The translations under genes were made by a program, and so were the position numbers. Below, piece by piece: positions 8,649 through 18,006 of a stretch of 61,105 nt of DNA. The notes under the pieces are model-generated. The model saw only the letters and a program-made list of their open reading frames with translations, ran no database searches and had not been told where the DNA came from. Positions within the stretch are counted from its first letter, which is position 1; each line of letters begins with the position of its first letter. This stretch comes from Spirochaetia bacterium. Lineage in GTDB: Bacteria; Spirochaetota; Spirochaetia; SZUA-6; Fen-1364. The stretch is from the NCBI GenBank assembly GCA_052144915.1, contig JBKQPS010000178.1, positions 1 to 61,105 on the forward strand, written 5' to 3'.

Positions 8649-9671
8649 GTGGCATTCTGGAAATCCCTGAGACGCAGCAGCATCCTGTGGCCGCTCGTCG
8701 CCCTGGGCGTCCTCCTGCTCTTCAACCTGTTCTTCACGCCTCACTTCTTCCGCCTGGAGATCAAGGAAGGGCACCTGTACGGTAACCTGATCGATATCTT
8801 GAAAAACGGCGCTCCGATCATGCTCCTGTCCATCGGGATGACGCTGGTCATCGCGACGCACGGAATCGACATCTCGGTCGGTTCCGTCGTTGCGGTTTCC
8901 GCCGGCGCCGTTGCGATTCTCCTCGGTGGAGACCTGGCGGGTCATCCGAAATACCCCATGGCGGTGGCGATGATCGCGGCGCTGCTGGTTTGTACCATGG
9001 CGGGAATGTGGAACGGGATGCTGGTATCCCGCGTCCGGATGCAGCCCATCATTGCGACGCTGATCCTCTTTGTGGCCGGCCGCGGCATCGCCATGCTATT
9101 CACGAATTCGCTGCAACTCTGGCTGTACGTAAAGGCGTTCGCCATCCTGGGACAGGGCTACGTCCTGGGACTCCCATTCGACATCTACATCGTGGTAGTC
9201 GTCCTGCTCCTGACGTACCTTGTCACCCGGCGGACTGCGGTGGGAATGTTCATCGAGGCGGTGGGAATCAATCCCACGGCGGCCCGGTTCTCCGGGATCG
9301 ACGCCAAGAACATCATCTTCTGGGTCTACGCGTTCAGCGGGTTGTGCGCGGGAATCGCCGGGTTGATCGTGTGTTCCACGGTCATGAACGCCGACGGGAA
9401 CAACGCGGGAAGACTCTTCGAGCTGGATGCCATCCTGGCCGTCGTGCTGGGCGGCACGTCCCTGAACGGTGGGAGGTTCTATCTCTTCGGAAGCATCATC
9501 GGCGCGTTGATCATCCAGACCCTGACCGTCACCATCTACGCGTTCGGGGTTCCCTCCGACGTTGCGCCGGTCGTCAAGGCGCTCGTCGTGTGGACCTTCT
9601 GCCTGATGCAGTCCCCGAAGTTCAGGCTCAGCATTGCCCGGGTGTTCGTACGGAAGGGGCTGTCCACATGA
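8649..9671 (+). CDS. ytfT: Sugar ABC transporter permease (YtfT-like, BPD_transp_2 type)
   Basis: GTG start 2 nt after the ATPase stop. Polytopic membrane protein with motifs GIDISVGSV and LGGTSLNGGRF. Confidence 0.9.
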   Translation: MAFWKSLRRSSILWPLVALGVLLLFNLFFTPHFFRLEIKEGHLYGNLIDILKNGAPIMLLSIGMTLVIATHGIDISVGSVVAVSAGAVAILLGGDLAGHPKYPMAVAMIAALLVCTMAGMWNGMLVSRVRMQPIIATLILFVAGRGIAMLFTNSLQLWLYVKAFAILGQGYVLGLPFDIYIVVVVLLLTYLVTRRTAVGMFIEAVGINPTAARFSGIDAKNIIFWVYAFSGLCAGIAGLIVCSTVMNADGNNAGRLFELDAILAVVLGGTSLNGGRFYLFGSIIGALIIQTLTVTIYAFGVPSDVAPVVKALVVWTFCLMQSPKFRLSIARVFVRKGLST

Positions 9672-10696
9672 ACAGAAGACTGCTCGCGGGCTTCCGGAAC
9701 CTTCCCGTGTTCGTCACCCTCGGATTGTTCATCGTCATGTTCGGGCTGGGCTCGATCGCGTTTCCCGGTTTCTTTTCATTTCAGAACTTTCTCAACCTCT
9801 TCATCGACAACGCGTACCTGCTGATCCTTGCCGTGGGAATGACCTTCGTGATCATTTCCGGCGGGATCGACCTGTCCGTCGGCTCCATGCTCGCCCTCTC
9901 GGGGATGGTCTCGGCGAGCCTGTTGGAAAAGGCCCACATGAGCCCCCTGTTCGTCATACCCATCGTGCTGCTCATGGGGACAACGATGGGCCTGTTCATG
10001 GGCTACCTGATCCACACCTTCGACCTGCCGCCGTTCATCATCACGCTGGCCGGACTGTATCTGGCGCGCGGGCTGTGCTACGTGGTCAGCCTGTTCACGA
10101 TCGCAGTCCAGAACCCGTTCTTCCAGGCCGTCGCGCACGGGCAGGTCAATATCATCGGGAACAATTTCCTTTCGCCCGGCGCGGTGATCGCGATCGGGGT
10201 GGTCCTGGTCGGGTTCTTCATCTCCCGCTATACGAAGTTCGGCAGGACCGTCTACGCCATCGGCGGCAGCGAGCAATCCGCCCTCCTGATGGGACTCCCG
10301 GTCGCGCGCACCAAGATCGCGATCTACGCCCTGAGCGGTTTCTGCGCGGCGTTGGGCGGGATCGTTTTCACCTTCTATACGCTTTCCGGCTACGGGCTGA
10401 ACGGGAGCGGGATGGAGCTGGACACGATCGCGTCGGTTGTCATCGGCGGAACCCTGCTGACGGGAGGCGTGGGCAATATTTTCGGAACGGTGCTCGGCGT
10501 CCTGGTGTATGGAATCATCCAGGTGCTGATCGTCTTCCAGGGCACGCTCAACTCCTGGTGGACCCGGATCGTGATCGGGTTCCTGGTGTTCGTGTTCTGT
10601 CTCCTGCAGCGGGTGTTCGAAGCCCGGAGGGCAACGACGATCGGACAGAGCGCGTCTTCCCGCGAGCCTTCGCGCGCCGCCGCGGGCGGCGCGTAG
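9668..10696 (+). CDS. yjfF: Sugar ABC transporter permease (YjfF-like)
   Basis: Internal ATG at 9668 overlaps the previous stop (ATGA). Begins MNRRLLAGFRNLPVFVTLGLF and carries GGIDLSVGSM and IGGTLLTGGVG. The longer ORF 8990..10696 is an out-of-gene extension. Confidence 0.9.
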   Translation: MNRRLLAGFRNLPVFVTLGLFIVMFGLGSIAFPGFFSFQNFLNLFIDNAYLLILAVGMTFVIISGGIDLSVGSMLALSGMVSASLLEKAHMSPLFVIPIVLLMGTTMGLFMGYLIHTFDLPPFIITLAGLYLARGLCYVVSLFTIAVQNPFFQAVAHGQVNIIGNNFLSPGAVIAIGVVLVGFFISRYTKFGRTVYAIGGSEQSALLMGLPVARTKIAIYALSGFCAALGGIVFTFYTLSGYGLNGSGMELDTIASVVIGGTLLTGGVGNIFGTVLGVLVYGIIQVLIVFQGTLNSWWTRIVIGFLVFVFCLLQRVFEARRATTIGQSASSREPSRAAAGGA

Positions 10697-10703
10697 GCCG
10701 ACG

Positions 10704-11564
10704 TTACAGCTCGACGTCGATCCATCCGCTGCCGGTGAGCTGGCGCTGCGCGCGGTAGCCGGCGCCGCGGAGGATCTGGACAGCGTCATCGAAGTTCCCG
10801 TCGATGAGGTCGGGGTGATGCGCGTCGGCGCTCACGATCACCGGAATGCGCATCTGGCACGCCTCTTTCAATATCCACGGCGAAGGGTAATAGGCGCCGC
10901 TGGTGTTGCGGACGACCCCGCCCGTGTTGATCTCCAGGATCTTCCCCGATGCGCGAACCGCATCGAGGGCGCGGCGCACGGCGGCCCGGTACCACGATTC
11001 TTCCTCGCTGAACAATCGGCCGTCCCGGTTGTTCTTCTTCACGATGTCGAAATGGCCGAAGATGTCCGGGGCCGCCGCTTCCGCCATGGCGGCGAGCAGC
11101 GCGTAGTAGCGCTCGACGAGGCGCCGCGCATCACCGCCGAAGCCGTCCCGGACGGCGGCCTCGATTTCCTCCCGGGGCCCGTCCACCGTCCAGGCATGGT
11201 CTCCGTCGGAGGGACCGATGAAGTGCACGGACCCGATGACGAAATCCAGCGCAAGGCTCTCGAGGCCGGCGTGGACGGGGGAGGTCATGCCGGGGATGAA
11301 GTCGACTTCCATCCCGAGAAAGATTTCCAGCCTCCCGCGGTAGCCGTCCCGGGCCTCACGGACGTCGCGAAGGTAGCTCTGCAGGAGCGCGGCAGGCATC
11401 GTCCAGTCGGTGGGAAAGGGTACGACGTTGTGGCCGGAGAACCCCAGCCGGGGCATGCCCTTTCGCAGCGCCGATTCGGCGTAGTCGCGGGCCTCGCCGG
11501 TTCCATCGCAGTGATGGGTATGCGTGTGGTAATTGCCGAGACCTTGTCCTCCGTCCGCCGCCAT
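10704..11564 (-). CDS. PHP-family histidinol-phosphatase-like protein (HisJ/HisK type)
   Basis: Metal-binding motifs YHTHTHHCDG, GSVHF, GHFD and SADAHHP. 286 aa, typical of HisJ-family PHP phosphatases. Confidence 0.8.
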   Translation of the reverse strand: MAADGGQGLGNYHTHTHHCDGTGEARDYAESALRKGMPRLGFSGHNVVPFPTDWTMPAALLQSYLRDVREARDGYRGRLEIFLGMEVDFIPGMTSPVHAGLESLALDFVIGSVHFIGPSDGDHAWTVDGPREEIEAAVRDGFGGDARRLVERYYALLAAMAEAAAPDIFGHFDIVKKNNRDGRLFSEEESWYRAAVRRALDAVRASGKILEINTGGVVRNTSGAYYPSPWILKEACQMRIPVIVSADAHHPDLIDGNFDDAVQILRGAGYRAQRQLTGSGWIDVEL

Positions 11565-11647
11565 GGCCTCGAAGATACACTCTCCCGGCCTTTCGGGCTA
11601 TCTCCCGGGCCCCGGCCCGGCGGCCGCGCCGAGGCCGCTGACGTGCA

Positions 11648-12937
11648 TCAGGCGAGGTCGAGCATCACGGCGCCTGCCGCGCGGATGGAAAGGGCATGGC
11701 AGGAATCGGCGCCGAACACCGCGCGCATGGCGGCGAGGTACTGGCCAAGCATCGCGTCGGGGACGAACGAGAGGATCGTGCCGGCAAAACCTCCCCCGTG
11801 CACGCGCCACGCCCCCCGACCCCCCAGGATTATTTCGCTGAGGGCGAGGCCGATGGGCACGCCCTGCTGCTCGACGGACGCACTCGAGTAGCAGTTCTGG
11901 AGGAGGGTCCAGGAGCTGATGCCGCTCTCCCTGATGAGCGCCAGGAAATCGGCGAACCTGCCCTCCTCCAGGGCGCGGACCTGGCGTTCGACCCGCAGGT
12001 CATCGGCGTAGAAGTGCAGCGCGCGGAGGACCGCGCGATCGCTCACCTTCCCGCGCAGCAGGGGCAGCGCGGAAAGGACCCGCTCCCGCGAGACGTCACG
12101 AAGAACGTTCCCCCCGAAGTGGCGCGCCACGTCCTTCATCTCCTGCTTCACCGCGGCGTATTCATCGGTGAGATCGGCGTGGCTGCCGCCGGTGTCTACG
12201 ATGACCGGCACGTACCCGCTCCCGCTGAAATCCGAGCGCACGGCTCTCACGCGCGGGTGGGCGAAATCCTGGAAATCGATCGTCACGAAACCGCCCAGCG
12301 CGCAGGTCGTCTGGTCCATCAGGCCGCATGGCTTTCCGAAGTACTCGTTCTCCGAATACTGGGCGATGAGGGCAACGTCGACTCCCCCGACCCTGCCGCC
12401 GTTGAAGAAGTGGTTCAGGATCGTGGCGACGAGCACCTCGTACGACGCCGAGGAGCTCAGGCCGGATCCCTTCAGTACGTCGCTGGTCACGCAGGCGCAG
12501 AAGCCGCCGACCGCGTAACCCGTTTCGCGCGATCGAGCCGTCACGCCGCGCGTGAGGGCCGTCACCGTCGAACGCTCGGAATCCCTTCGCGCGAGGTCGT
12601 CCACGCGGATTTCCTGTCGCGGGTAGCCTTCGCTCTCGATCGTGATGCGGCCATCCGCCGTCGGCGCCGCGACGGCGATGGCATCGAGGTCCACCGCCGC
12701 GGCGAGCACACGCCCCCCGTTGTGGTCGGTGTGGTTGCCGCAGATCTCCGTCCGGCCCGGCGCGCTGAACAGGCGCGGATGCTCCGCCCCCGGGAAGGCA
12801 TCCGCAAAACGACCGAGAAGGCCGCGATACCGCGCCCTCTGACGGTCCTGCGCACCCGGCTTCGTGCCGTACAGCGATTCGAGCGTCCTCACCGCGTTCC
12901 CGGTCTCGAGCGCGTCCGCGAGCGTTTTGACATTCAT
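11648..12937 (-). CDS. galK: Galactokinase (GHMP kinase)
   Basis: Start at ATG 12937 (MNVKTLADALE). Galactokinase signature GRTEICGNHTDHNGG and GHMP motif GSGLSSSAS. 429 aa. The 641-aa ORF upstream extension is Arg/Gly-rich and was rejected. Confidence 0.88.
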   Translation of the reverse strand: MNVKTLADALETGNAVRTLESLYGTKPGAQDRQRARYRGLLGRFADAFPGAEHPRLFSAPGRTEICGNHTDHNGGRVLAAAVDLDAIAVAAPTADGRITIESEGYPRQEIRVDDLARRDSERSTVTALTRGVTARSRETGYAVGGFCACVTSDVLKGSGLSSSASYEVLVATILNHFFNGGRVGGVDVALIAQYSENEYFGKPCGLMDQTTCALGGFVTIDFQDFAHPRVRAVRSDFSGSGYVPVIVDTGGSHADLTDEYAAVKQEMKDVARHFGGNVLRDVSRERVLSALPLLRGKVSDRAVLRALHFYADDLRVERQVRALEEGRFADFLALIRESGISSWTLLQNCYSSASVEQQGVPIGLALSEIILGGRGAWRVHGGGFAGTILSFVPDAMLGQYLAAMRAVFGADSCHALSIRAAGAVMLDLA

Positions 12938-13084
12938 GATCGAAGTGAAACACGCCGGCGGGCCCACGGTCCACCCTCGGGAGCCGCCGCCGGGGAGGGG
13001 GCGGAGGTGGCCGCCCGCGGTTTCCGGGCGTACCTTATGTTCATGGCCGCGTCCCGACCTGGGGACTCGGAAAGGAGATCTCGC

Positions 13085-13699
13085 ATGCGAAGGAAACCCA
13101 TGCTGGGCCGCGCGGCCCTTCTGTTCTCGATTGCCCTTCTTCTCGGTGTGAGTGCAACCGCCGGCTTCGCCCAGGCGGCGCCCCCGCCCCCCGTCACCGG
13201 ATCGATCGTGTCGATCAACGGGACGAAGATCACCCTCGCCCTGGCCGACAACACGCAGAAGACCGTCGTGCTCCAGGCGAGCACGCTGATCCTCGCGCGG
13301 GATGCCGCGGACATGAGCCAGATCACCGCCGGCGAGCCGCTGGCCGTGACGTCGCGCCGATCCGGAACGGACCTCATCGCGACCAACATCAACATCTTTT
13401 CCAGGGAGATGTGGAGCGTGGTGCGCAAGGGCCAGTGGGTGATGGACACCGGAGACATGATGACGAACGCCATGGCGAGCGACTACGCGCAGGGGATGAA
13501 CGGGCACACGCTCACGATGAAGTACGCCGAGGGAACATCCACGATCACCGTGCCTGACGGGATCCCGGTCCACCGCCTCACGACCGTGAAGCCGGCGGCC
13601 CTCGCGGCGGGCATGCAGGTCGTCGTGCGCGGAACGGCGGAATCGGACGGGACCCTGAAGGCCGCGTTCATCAGCTTCGACAGGCCCGCCAGGACGTAG
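13085..13699 (+). CDS. Secreted hypothetical protein (beta-rich)
   Basis: ATG 13085 within ORF 11696..13699. Signal peptide LLFSIALLLGVSATAGFAQA. The mature part contains GSIVSINGTKITLALADNTQ-type strands. The rest of the long ORF is antisense to galK. Confidence 0.6.
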   Translation: MRRKPMLGRAALLFSIALLLGVSATAGFAQAAPPPPVTGSIVSINGTKITLALADNTQKTVVLQASTLILARDAADMSQITAGEPLAVTSRRSGTDLIATNINIFSREMWSVVRKGQWVMDTGDMMTNAMASDYAQGMNGHTLTMKYAEGTSTITVPDGIPVHRLTTVKPAALAAGMQVVVRGTAESDGTLKAAFISFDRPART

Positions 13700-13711
13700 T
13701 CCGTCCCGGGG

Positions 13712-13753
13712 TTCGCCTTCGGCGAAGAGACAATTCGCCTTCGGCGAAGAGAC
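13712..13753. repeat. Two tandem copies of a 20-nt hairpin unit TTCGCCTTCGGCGAAGAGAC between convergent genes
   Basis: Perfect copies at 13712-13731 and 13734-13753. Each contains the palindrome TTCGCC-TTC-GGCGAA. They lie between the stop at 13699 (+) and the acnA stop at 13775 (-), so they may act as a bidirectional terminator. Confidence 0.8.
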
Positions 13754-13774
13754 GTCCGCGCCCTTTCCGGCCTG

Positions 13775-16483
13775 CTACCGCGCTCTCGGCTTCGCGAATC
13801 CCCTCAGTACCGTGGGAAGGATCCCGCCGTTGCGGTAGTACTCCAGCTCCACGGCAGTGTCGACGCGCGCGAGGACCGAGAACGTCTTCCTCGTGCCCGC
13901 CGGGTCCCGCGCGACGACGCCGACCGTCTGGCCGGGCTTCTGCGCCGCCTCGATCTCGTAGATCTCCTCGCCGGTCAGGCCGAGGCTTTCCGCGCTTTCT
14001 CCCTTGAGGAACTGCAGGGGCAGAATGCCCATGCCGACGAGGTTGGACCGGTGAATCCGCTCGTAGCTCTCCGCGATCACTGCCCGAACTCCCAGCAGGA
14101 TCGTGCCCTTCGCGGCCCAGTCCCGCGAGCTTCCGGAACCGTACTCCTTGCCCGCGATCACGAGGAGAGGGGTCTTCTCCGCGGCGTACTTTTCCGCCGC
14201 ATCGTAGATGGCAAGCTGCTCTCCCGAGGGGAGGTGCCGCGTGTACCCGCCTTCGACGCCGGGGACCAGCCTGTTGCGAATGCGGATGTTGGCAAATGTC
14301 CCGCGGATCATCACCTCATGGTTGCCCCGCCGGGACCCGTAGGTGTTGAAGTCATCCTGTTTGACGCCGTGCGCCACGAGCCACCGCCCTGCCGGGCTTT
14401 TCTCGGGAATGTTCCCCGCCGGAGAAATATGGTCGGTGGTGACCGAATCTCCGAGGAAGGCCAGGACGCGCGCGCCGCTGATGAGCGGAACCGCCGGGGG
14501 CTGGGCGGTGATTCCCTCGAAGAACGTGGGCGCACGGATGTAGGTGGACTCGCCGTCCCATCGGTATCGCCTGTCCTGCGGGATCCGCACGTTCTGCCAC
14601 GCCTCGTCCCCGGTGAAGACGCGGGAGTACACGGTGTGGAACATCTCCGGCGTGAGGTTCTCGCTGATCGCCGCATCGATCTCGGCGAGCGTGGGCCAGA
14701 TGTCTCTCAGGTAGATGGGATTGCCGCCGCGGTCCCGGCCGACGGGCTCCGCGGCGAGGTCGACCTCCATCGAGCCGGCGAGAGCGTAGGCGACGACGAG
14801 GGGCGGCGAGGCCAGGTAGTTCGCCTTCACCTCCGGGTGGATCCTACCCTCGAAATTCCTGTTTCCCGAGAGCACGGAGACGACGGTCAGGTCCCGCTCC
14901 TTGATCGCCGCGCTGATCACGGGCTGCAGGGGTCCCGAATTGCCGATGCACGTCGTGCACCCGTAGCCGACGACCTGGAAGCCGAGGGCCTCGAGGTAGG
15001 GGCTGAGGCCGGCCCGGTCGAGGTACTGCGTGACCACCTTCGACCCGGGCGCGAAGCTCGTCTTCACGTAGCCGGGAACCCGCAGCCCGAGCTTTACCGC
15101 CTTGCGCGCGAGGAGCCCGGCGGCGATCATCACTGCCGGGTTCGATGTGTTCGTGCAGCTGGTGATCGCGGCGATGACCACCGCGCCGTCGCGCAGCGTC
15201 TCCCGGGAGCCCGCCACGTTCACCTCGATCTCGCGTGTCACCGAGGGCGCTGCCGGTGACGCAGGCGCACCCGGCGCGGCGGCAAGCCGCCAGGAGCCTT
15301 TCGCGCGGGAGAGGGCGACCCTGTCCTGGGGGCGCTTCGGGCCGGCGAGCGAGGTCTCGACGCTCGCCAGGTCCAGCTCGAGGACGGCGGAGTATTCCGG
15401 CTGCGGCGCGTCCGCGCTCCGGAACAACCCCTGCGCGCGGCAATAGCGCTCCACCAGATCGACGAGGTCCGCGCTCCTGCCGGTGAAACGAAGGTACTCC
15501 AGCGTCTTCTCGTCCACGGGGAAGAAACCCGCCGTGGCCCCGTATTCGGGTGACATGTTGCCGATCGTTGCCCTGTCCGCGACGCTGAGCGAGTCGAGCC
15601 CCGGGCCGAAGAATTCGACGATCTTGTCCACGACGCCGTACTTCCGCAGGGATTGCGTGACGGTGAGCACGAGATCGGTCGCGGTCACCCCTTCGCGGAG
15701 GCTGCCCGACAGGCGCATCCCGACGACCTCGGGTATCAGCATGTACAGGGGCTGCCCGAGGAGGGCGGCCTCCGCCTCGATGCCGCCAACGCCCCAGCCC
15801 AGGACGCCGATCCCGTTGATCATCGGAGTGTGCGAGTCGGTGCCCACGAGGGTGTCGGGGAATGCGAAGGGGACCTTCTCTCCGTCGACCTGCCGCGTCC
15901 CGACCACCGTGGCCAGGTACTCGAGGTTGACCTGGTGCACGATTCCCGTCGCGGGCGGCACGACCCGGAAATCCGCGAATGCCCCCGCCCCCCAGCGGAG
16001 AAACTCGTAGCGCTCCCGGTTGCGCGCGAACTCCAGCGACGCGTTGCCCGCCAGGGCGCGGGAGGAGGCATAGAGATCCACCTGCACTGAATGGTCGATG
16101 ACGAGGTCCACCGGTATCACGGGATTGATGCGCTGGGGATCGCCTCCGAGCGCGGCCATCGCGTCCCGCATGGCCGCCAGGTCGACGATGGCCGGCACGC
16201 CGGTGAAATCCTGCATGATCACGCGCGCGGGTTTGAACGGGAACTCGCGGCTCTTCGATTCGGGAGAGCTCCACGCGCAGAGGGTCCGGACGTCTTCCTC
16301 CCGCACATCGAAACCGTTCACCTGGCGGAGCACCGACTCCAGGAGGATCTTGAGGGAGACCGGCATCCGGGAAATCGATCCCAGCCCCTGGGCTTCGAGC
16401 TTCTCGAGGCTGAAATAGTCGACGCGTCCCCGGGCCGACTTCAGTGTGCTGCGCGTGCCGAATGGACCGTGCGGGTGTGACAT
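13775..16483 (-). CDS. acnA: Aconitate hydratase A
   Basis: Start at ATG 16483 (MSHPHGPFGTRSTLK), 902 aa. Motifs VIDHSVQVD, GTDSHT, ITSCTNTSNP, GCTTCIGNSG and SGNRNFEGR. Confidence 0.95.
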   Translation of the reverse strand: MSHPHGPFGTRSTLKSARGRVDYFSLEKLEAQGLGSISRMPVSLKILLESVLRQVNGFDVREEDVRTLCAWSSPESKSREFPFKPARVIMQDFTGVPAIVDLAAMRDAMAALGGDPQRINPVIPVDLVIDHSVQVDLYASSRALAGNASLEFARNRERYEFLRWGAGAFADFRVVPPATGIVHQVNLEYLATVVGTRQVDGEKVPFAFPDTLVGTDSHTPMINGIGVLGWGVGGIEAEAALLGQPLYMLIPEVVGMRLSGSLREGVTATDLVLTVTQSLRKYGVVDKIVEFFGPGLDSLSVADRATIGNMSPEYGATAGFFPVDEKTLEYLRFTGRSADLVDLVERYCRAQGLFRSADAPQPEYSAVLELDLASVETSLAGPKRPQDRVALSRAKGSWRLAAAPGAPASPAAPSVTREIEVNVAGSRETLRDGAVVIAAITSCTNTSNPAVMIAAGLLARKAVKLGLRVPGYVKTSFAPGSKVVTQYLDRAGLSPYLEALGFQVVGYGCTTCIGNSGPLQPVISAAIKERDLTVVSVLSGNRNFEGRIHPEVKANYLASPPLVVAYALAGSMEVDLAAEPVGRDRGGNPIYLRDIWPTLAEIDAAISENLTPEMFHTVYSRVFTGDEAWQNVRIPQDRRYRWDGESTYIRAPTFFEGITAQPPAVPLISGARVLAFLGDSVTTDHISPAGNIPEKSPAGRWLVAHGVKQDDFNTYGSRRGNHEVMIRGTFANIRIRNRLVPGVEGGYTRHLPSGEQLAIYDAAEKYAAEKTPLLVIAGKEYGSGSSRDWAAKGTILLGVRAVIAESYERIHRSNLVGMGILPLQFLKGESAESLGLTGEEIYEIEAAQKPGQTVGVVARDPAGTRKTFSVLARVDTAVELEYYRNGGILPTVLRGFAKPRAR

Positions 16484-16525
16484 CTCGTTCTCCTCGGGAT
16501 GAATATACACGAGGTGCCGCCCGTA

Positions 16526-16554
16526 TTGCCAACACGCTGCAATTGCTCTATCAT
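16526..16554 (+). promoter_or_regulatory. Sigma70-like promoter TTGCCA-17-TATCAT
   Basis: -35 at 16526-16531 and -10 at 16549-16554, 20 nt upstream of ATG 16575, in the acnA / nuclease divergent gap. Confidence 0.4.
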
Positions 16555-16574
16555 TGTACCCGAGAGTATCGCAG

Positions 16575-17186
16575 ATGCTGGTTCCCGCCGAGGTCTGGAC
16601 AGTGGCAAAAGCCGAACAGGGCAACGCAGTTCTCGTCCGGCCGCTCGGACTGGACGTCGCGGTTCCCATCTTCATTGCGCCGCTGGAGGCGCAGTCGATC
16701 CTGATCGGCCTCGGCAGCGTGAAGATGCCCCGGCCGCTTACCCACGACCTGTTCATCTCCGTCCTGGAAAGCCTCGAGTCCTCGGTGAACCGCGTGGAGA
16801 TCACCTCTCTCAAGGACAGCACGTACTACGCGAAGCTCATCCTCGAGTCCGCGGGATCCGAAATCGCGGTGGACGCCCGGCCTTCGGATTGCCTCGCCCT
16901 CGCGGTGCGCGTGAAGTGCCCGATCTACATCGACGAGGCGGTCGTGGACGAGGCGGGGATCTCGGTGAAGATGGTCGAGGAAAAGAACAGGGAGCTGAAG
17001 CAGTCCGACGTGGCAAACCAGATCTCCGAGGAGTCCGAGGCGCCGCAGGCCGTTGACAGCCCGACCCTCCCTTCCGAATCGGAGATGAGCAGCCTCAAGA
17101 AGCTCCTGGACAGCGCTATTGAAGAGGAAAACTACGAGGAGGCGGCCCGGATCCGGGACAAGATCCGGGACCTGGAAAACACCTGA
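16575..17186 (+). CDS. Bifunctional nuclease (BFN/DUF151) domain protein with C-terminal UVR motif
   Basis: MLVPAEVWTVAKAEQGNAVLVRP..PIFIAPLEAQSI..RPLTHDL..ARPSDCLALAVR matches the BFN domain. The C-terminus EEENYEEAARIRDKIRDLE is a UvrB/UvrC-type motif. Confidence 0.8.
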   Translation: MLVPAEVWTVAKAEQGNAVLVRPLGLDVAVPIFIAPLEAQSILIGLGSVKMPRPLTHDLFISVLESLESSVNRVEITSLKDSTYYAKLILESAGSEIAVDARPSDCLALAVRVKCPIYIDEAVVDEAGISVKMVEEKNRELKQSDVANQISEESEAPQAVDSPTLPSESEMSSLKKLLDSAIEEENYEEAARIRDKIRDLENT

Positions 17187-17205
17187 GGCACTTCCCGCCG
17201 GCGCC

Positions 17206-17904
17206 CTAGTCGGGGCCGATCGTCGTTCCCACGAAATCCCTGCCGCTCAGTATCGCGGAAAGATTCGGCAGGTTCCTGCCTTCCGCGAATATCACCTTGA
17301 TGCGGGACTCCGCGGCAGCGCGCGCCGCGGTGGGATCGAACGGGGTGTTCTTCCCCGGGCTCCAATCGCTGCCCACGATCCCGAGCATCTGGCTCCACGG
17401 GAGCCTTTCGATCGGCTTCGCCGCGGGGTTTTTTGCCGGATCGTCCGTGTATACCTGGGCGATGTTCGAGAGGTTGATCACGGTCCCCGCGGAGAACCGC
17501 TGGGCGAGCACAACGGCGTCATTGTCGGTGGAGAAGCCCGGCTTCCAGCCCGCGGCGACCAGGACCCGGCCGGCGAACACCGTCACCGACGTGGGATCCG
17601 TGACGAGCTCCTCCCCGCACCACGCCCGAAGCATCCGCCGGAGGAGCTCGCCGTTCACGCGCGTCGCCGCCACACCCACCCAGTCGAGGTCCTCACTGCG
17701 CGCATCGGGAATGACCTCCCGAAGGGCGGCCTGGTAATCGCGCGCGAGACCGCCGCCGCCGCACACAATGATCAGCTTCATATGCGGGTCGGCGAAAAGC
17801 CGCTCTTCGACGAGGCGCAGGAAACCCTTCAGGAAAGCGGTGTCGACGCCCCGGGGAGCAATGAGCGATCCACCGAGAGAAATCACCGTGACTGAATCGG
17901 GCAT
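17206..17904 (-). CDS. Amino-acid-kinase-fold protein, archaeal-type UMP kinase-like
   Basis: VISLGGSLIAP and LIIVCGGGGLARDY motifs. Start taken at ATG 17904 (MPDSVTV); ATG 17940 is an alternative. Confidence 0.7.
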   Translation of the reverse strand: MPDSVTVISLGGSLIAPRGVDTAFLKGFLRLVEERLFADPHMKLIIVCGGGGLARDYQAALREVIPDARSEDLDWVGVAATRVNGELLRRMLRAWCGEELVTDPTSVTVFAGRVLVAAGWKPGFSTDNDAVVLAQRFSAGTVINLSNIAQVYTDDPAKNPAAKPIERLPWSQMLGIVGSDWSPGKNTPFDPTAARAAAESRIKVIFAEGRNLPNLSAILSGRDFVGTTIGPD

Positions 17905-18006
17905 GCGGGTACTATAGAACAAATCTCCCCGGCGCGCCATTGCGGCGTGCTGCCGCGACTCCTTTCACGGCTTGCAAAACATCCTGCCCGGGTCTATATG
18001 TGGGTC

